Virus record (IMG/VR): IMGVR_UViG_3300037067_027672
Coordinates: 1 to 42,545 of that record
Length of the DNA: 42,545 nucleotides
DNA from: a virus
Reading direction: 5' to 3' (one strand)
Of this stretch, positions 41,214 to 42,545 are shown one piece after another. Both the position numbers and the translations under genes were made by a program. Position 1 is the stretch's first letter. Each line of letters begins with the position of its first letter. The notes beneath the pieces were generated by a model. It ran no database searches and had not been told where the DNA came from. It saw only the letters and a list, made by a program, of their open reading frames with translations.

Positions 41214-41606
41214 CTACTCCACCCATGGCCCGTTGTAGCCACCCGGCCACTTCCCTGTTGGTCTAAGGCTATACCCGTCCTCTGGCGGCCTGGCTAGCCT
41301 CTTTTGGGTTTTATGATGAGCATCGAGGATCGCTTCCCCTTCGGCTTCCAGCTCTTCTCTGGTTTTTTTCTGACCAGGGAAGTATTTCCTTCGATGCTTG
41401 CACGGCCCCTGGAAATAGACTGAAGCAGGGCAGCTGCAACCGCGAGGTGTCACGGTATAGTAGGCGTCTCTTTTGGCATTGAGCACCAAGATCTCTTCCT
41501 GATTCAAAGCTATACTAACAGGCGGATTTTTTGCCTTTGCCAATAGCTGCCGGACCTCATCCAGAGAGCGCGTAACGGGCGCACAACGCAGCAGTTCGCT
41601 CAACAT
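41214..41606 (-). CDS. SWIM zinc-finger early protein
   Basis: YYTVTPRGCSCPA...GPCKH (CxC...CxH). Confidence 0.75.
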   Translation of the reverse strand: MLSELLRCAPVTRSLDEVRQLLAKAKNPPVSIALNQEEILVLNAKRDAYYTVTPRGCSCPASVYFQGPCKHRRKYFPGQKKTREELEAEGEAILDAHHKTQKRLARPPEDGYSLRPTGKWPGGYNGPWVE

Positions 41607-41709
41607 GCTATACCACCCAGTACTTATACGTTTAATACGTATATAAAACTAACGTCTAAAATGATTATGACGTAAACTATTTATATACAGACTACGTTTA
41701 ATGCTAAGC
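41607..41709. promoter_or_regulatory. Divergent early promoters with repeated operator-like boxes
   Basis: TATA-like elements at ~41638-41648 and ~41680-41688; TACGTTTAAT at 41627 and 41693; ACGT core at 41628, 41637, 41652, 41670, 41694. Confidence 0.6.
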
Positions 41710-41859
41710 ATGCAGAGAATTAATGTCATGGTATCGGACGAAGCTTGGCAATACTTGAAGGACTTCCAGGAAACGGGTGGATATCGGAACCGCGACGAAG
41801 CCGCCAACGCACTGCTGTTAGATCATAAGAAAATTGCCGCGAAGGTTGATCAGAAATAA
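41710..41859 (+). CDS. Ribbon-helix-helix regulator (49 aa, not in ORF track)
   Basis: MQRINVMVSDEAWQYLKDFQETGGYRNRDEAANALL; RHH strand-helix-helix pattern; ~25 nt downstream of a TATA-like element. Confidence 0.75.
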   Translation: MQRINVMVSDEAWQYLKDFQETGGYRNRDEAANALLLDHKKIAAKVDQK

Positions 41860-41951
41860 TAATACTCTTATGCATCAAGAAGCTTCGCTAAAAACAATAT
41901 TGGAAAGCCTTGAAGCCTGATGCATTCAATTATTGAAAGGACGTCTTTATT

Positions 41952-42545
41952 ATGAAATTACGAGGTTTAATTAATCTAATATATATAGTTGTAGTTCTAG
42001 CATTATCCGGCTGTATTGGAAACGAAGATAATATCTCAGAAGAAAAGATTATCCGACCTCCCGGAGCAACAGATGAAGATGTAATCAAGAACGAGATTAA
42101 ATCGATTAGTCAAAGCGATGGACCGAGAGGTGTTGTATTATTCTTCAACAGCATGAATGAGAAAGGCGATGTGGTTATTGATGCCAAGGCTGACGAACCA
42201 TCGGATTTCGTTGATGCAATAGCAGCAATTGCCATAATTGACAAACGGTTAATTGCACAAAACATCAATGTAAAAGAGTACACAATAAAATATTCTGGTA
42301 TATATATGCCAAATAAAGGAACATTCAAAATAACTTCTGCTCACCTAGATCAGATTGCTGAAGACGCTGAGAATTTGGGGCTAGTGGATTCTGTAATCAC
42401 CAGAATGTCCAGTGGCGATTTGGGTGAACAGTTAAAGATTCACGGCATGGCGACAGAGAAGCACTATACACCAAGCAGTGAGAAAACCGATATGTATATG
42501 GGATATGAACGTGTTCCAGATTTAACAATTCGAATTGTGAGATAG
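41952..42545 (+). CDS. Archaeal lipoprotein
   Basis: Signal peptide with lipobox LALSGC; AT-rich. Confidence 0.75.
   Translation: MKLRGLINLIYIVVVLALSGCIGNEDNISEEKIIRPPGATDEDVIKNEIKSISQSDGPRGVVLFFNSMNEKGDVVIDAKADEPSDFVDAIAAIAIIDKRLIAQNINVKEYTIKYSGIYMPNKGTFKITSAHLDQIAEDAENLGLVDSVITRMSSGDLGEQLKIHGMATEKHYTPSSEKTDMYMGYERVPDLTIRIVR

Larger units (their letters stand above)
1..42545. mobile_element. Temperate head-tailed archaeal virus (Caudoviricetes, siphovirus-like), near-complete genome
   Basis: Integrase, terminase, portal, HK97-type capsid, head-tail connectors, tail tube, chaperone, tape measure and prim-pol/helicase occur in canonical order; no sheath or baseplate-wedge genes seen. Confidence 0.95.

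Noticed and set aside
1-42545. CRISPR or mini-CRISPR array
   Set aside because: No regularly spaced 25-40 bp repeats with unique spacers; the 2127-2177 boxes are short and better explained as transposon-end sites

Overview
This window is a near-complete (~42.5 kb) temperate head-tailed archaeal virus with a non-contractile (siphovirus-like) tail. The host is most likely a Methanosarcinales/Methanotrichaceae methanogen; this is inferred from archaeal TATA/GGAGGT-GGTGA signals, a XerA-type integrase and an archaeal lipobox. Layout: a + strand lysogeny module split across both window ends (RHH regulator and lipoprotein at the right; regulator and tyrosine integrase at the left); a long - strand arm running from early/replication genes (prim-pol-helicase, SSB-like, resolvase) through packaging (terS/terL, portal), head and tail genes; and several AT-rich or oppositely oriented accessory genes. 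The gap between the integrase and the last tail gene, where attP would be expected, is filled by nested mobile DNA. (i) A 387-bp IscB/IS200-IS605-type miniature element sits exactly in the integrase stop codon and may carry an orphan omega-RNA. (ii) An orphan transposon right end abuts (iii) a 3.84-kb IS5/IS903-like element with a SWIM-DDE transposase and passenger genes. (iv) A second IS200/IS605 end remnant follows. Other highlights: a ParB-PAPS-reductase-like fusion near a TudS/DUF523 thiouracil desulfurase (candidate sulfur-nucleobase system), duplicated tail-tube genes, a start-less -1 frame tail-chaperone extension, a MuF-protease-scaffold fusion, 12 x 14-aa repeats in a distal tail protein, and a three-hairpin leader in the early operon. 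All protein calls come from motif recognition by eye; no database searches were run.
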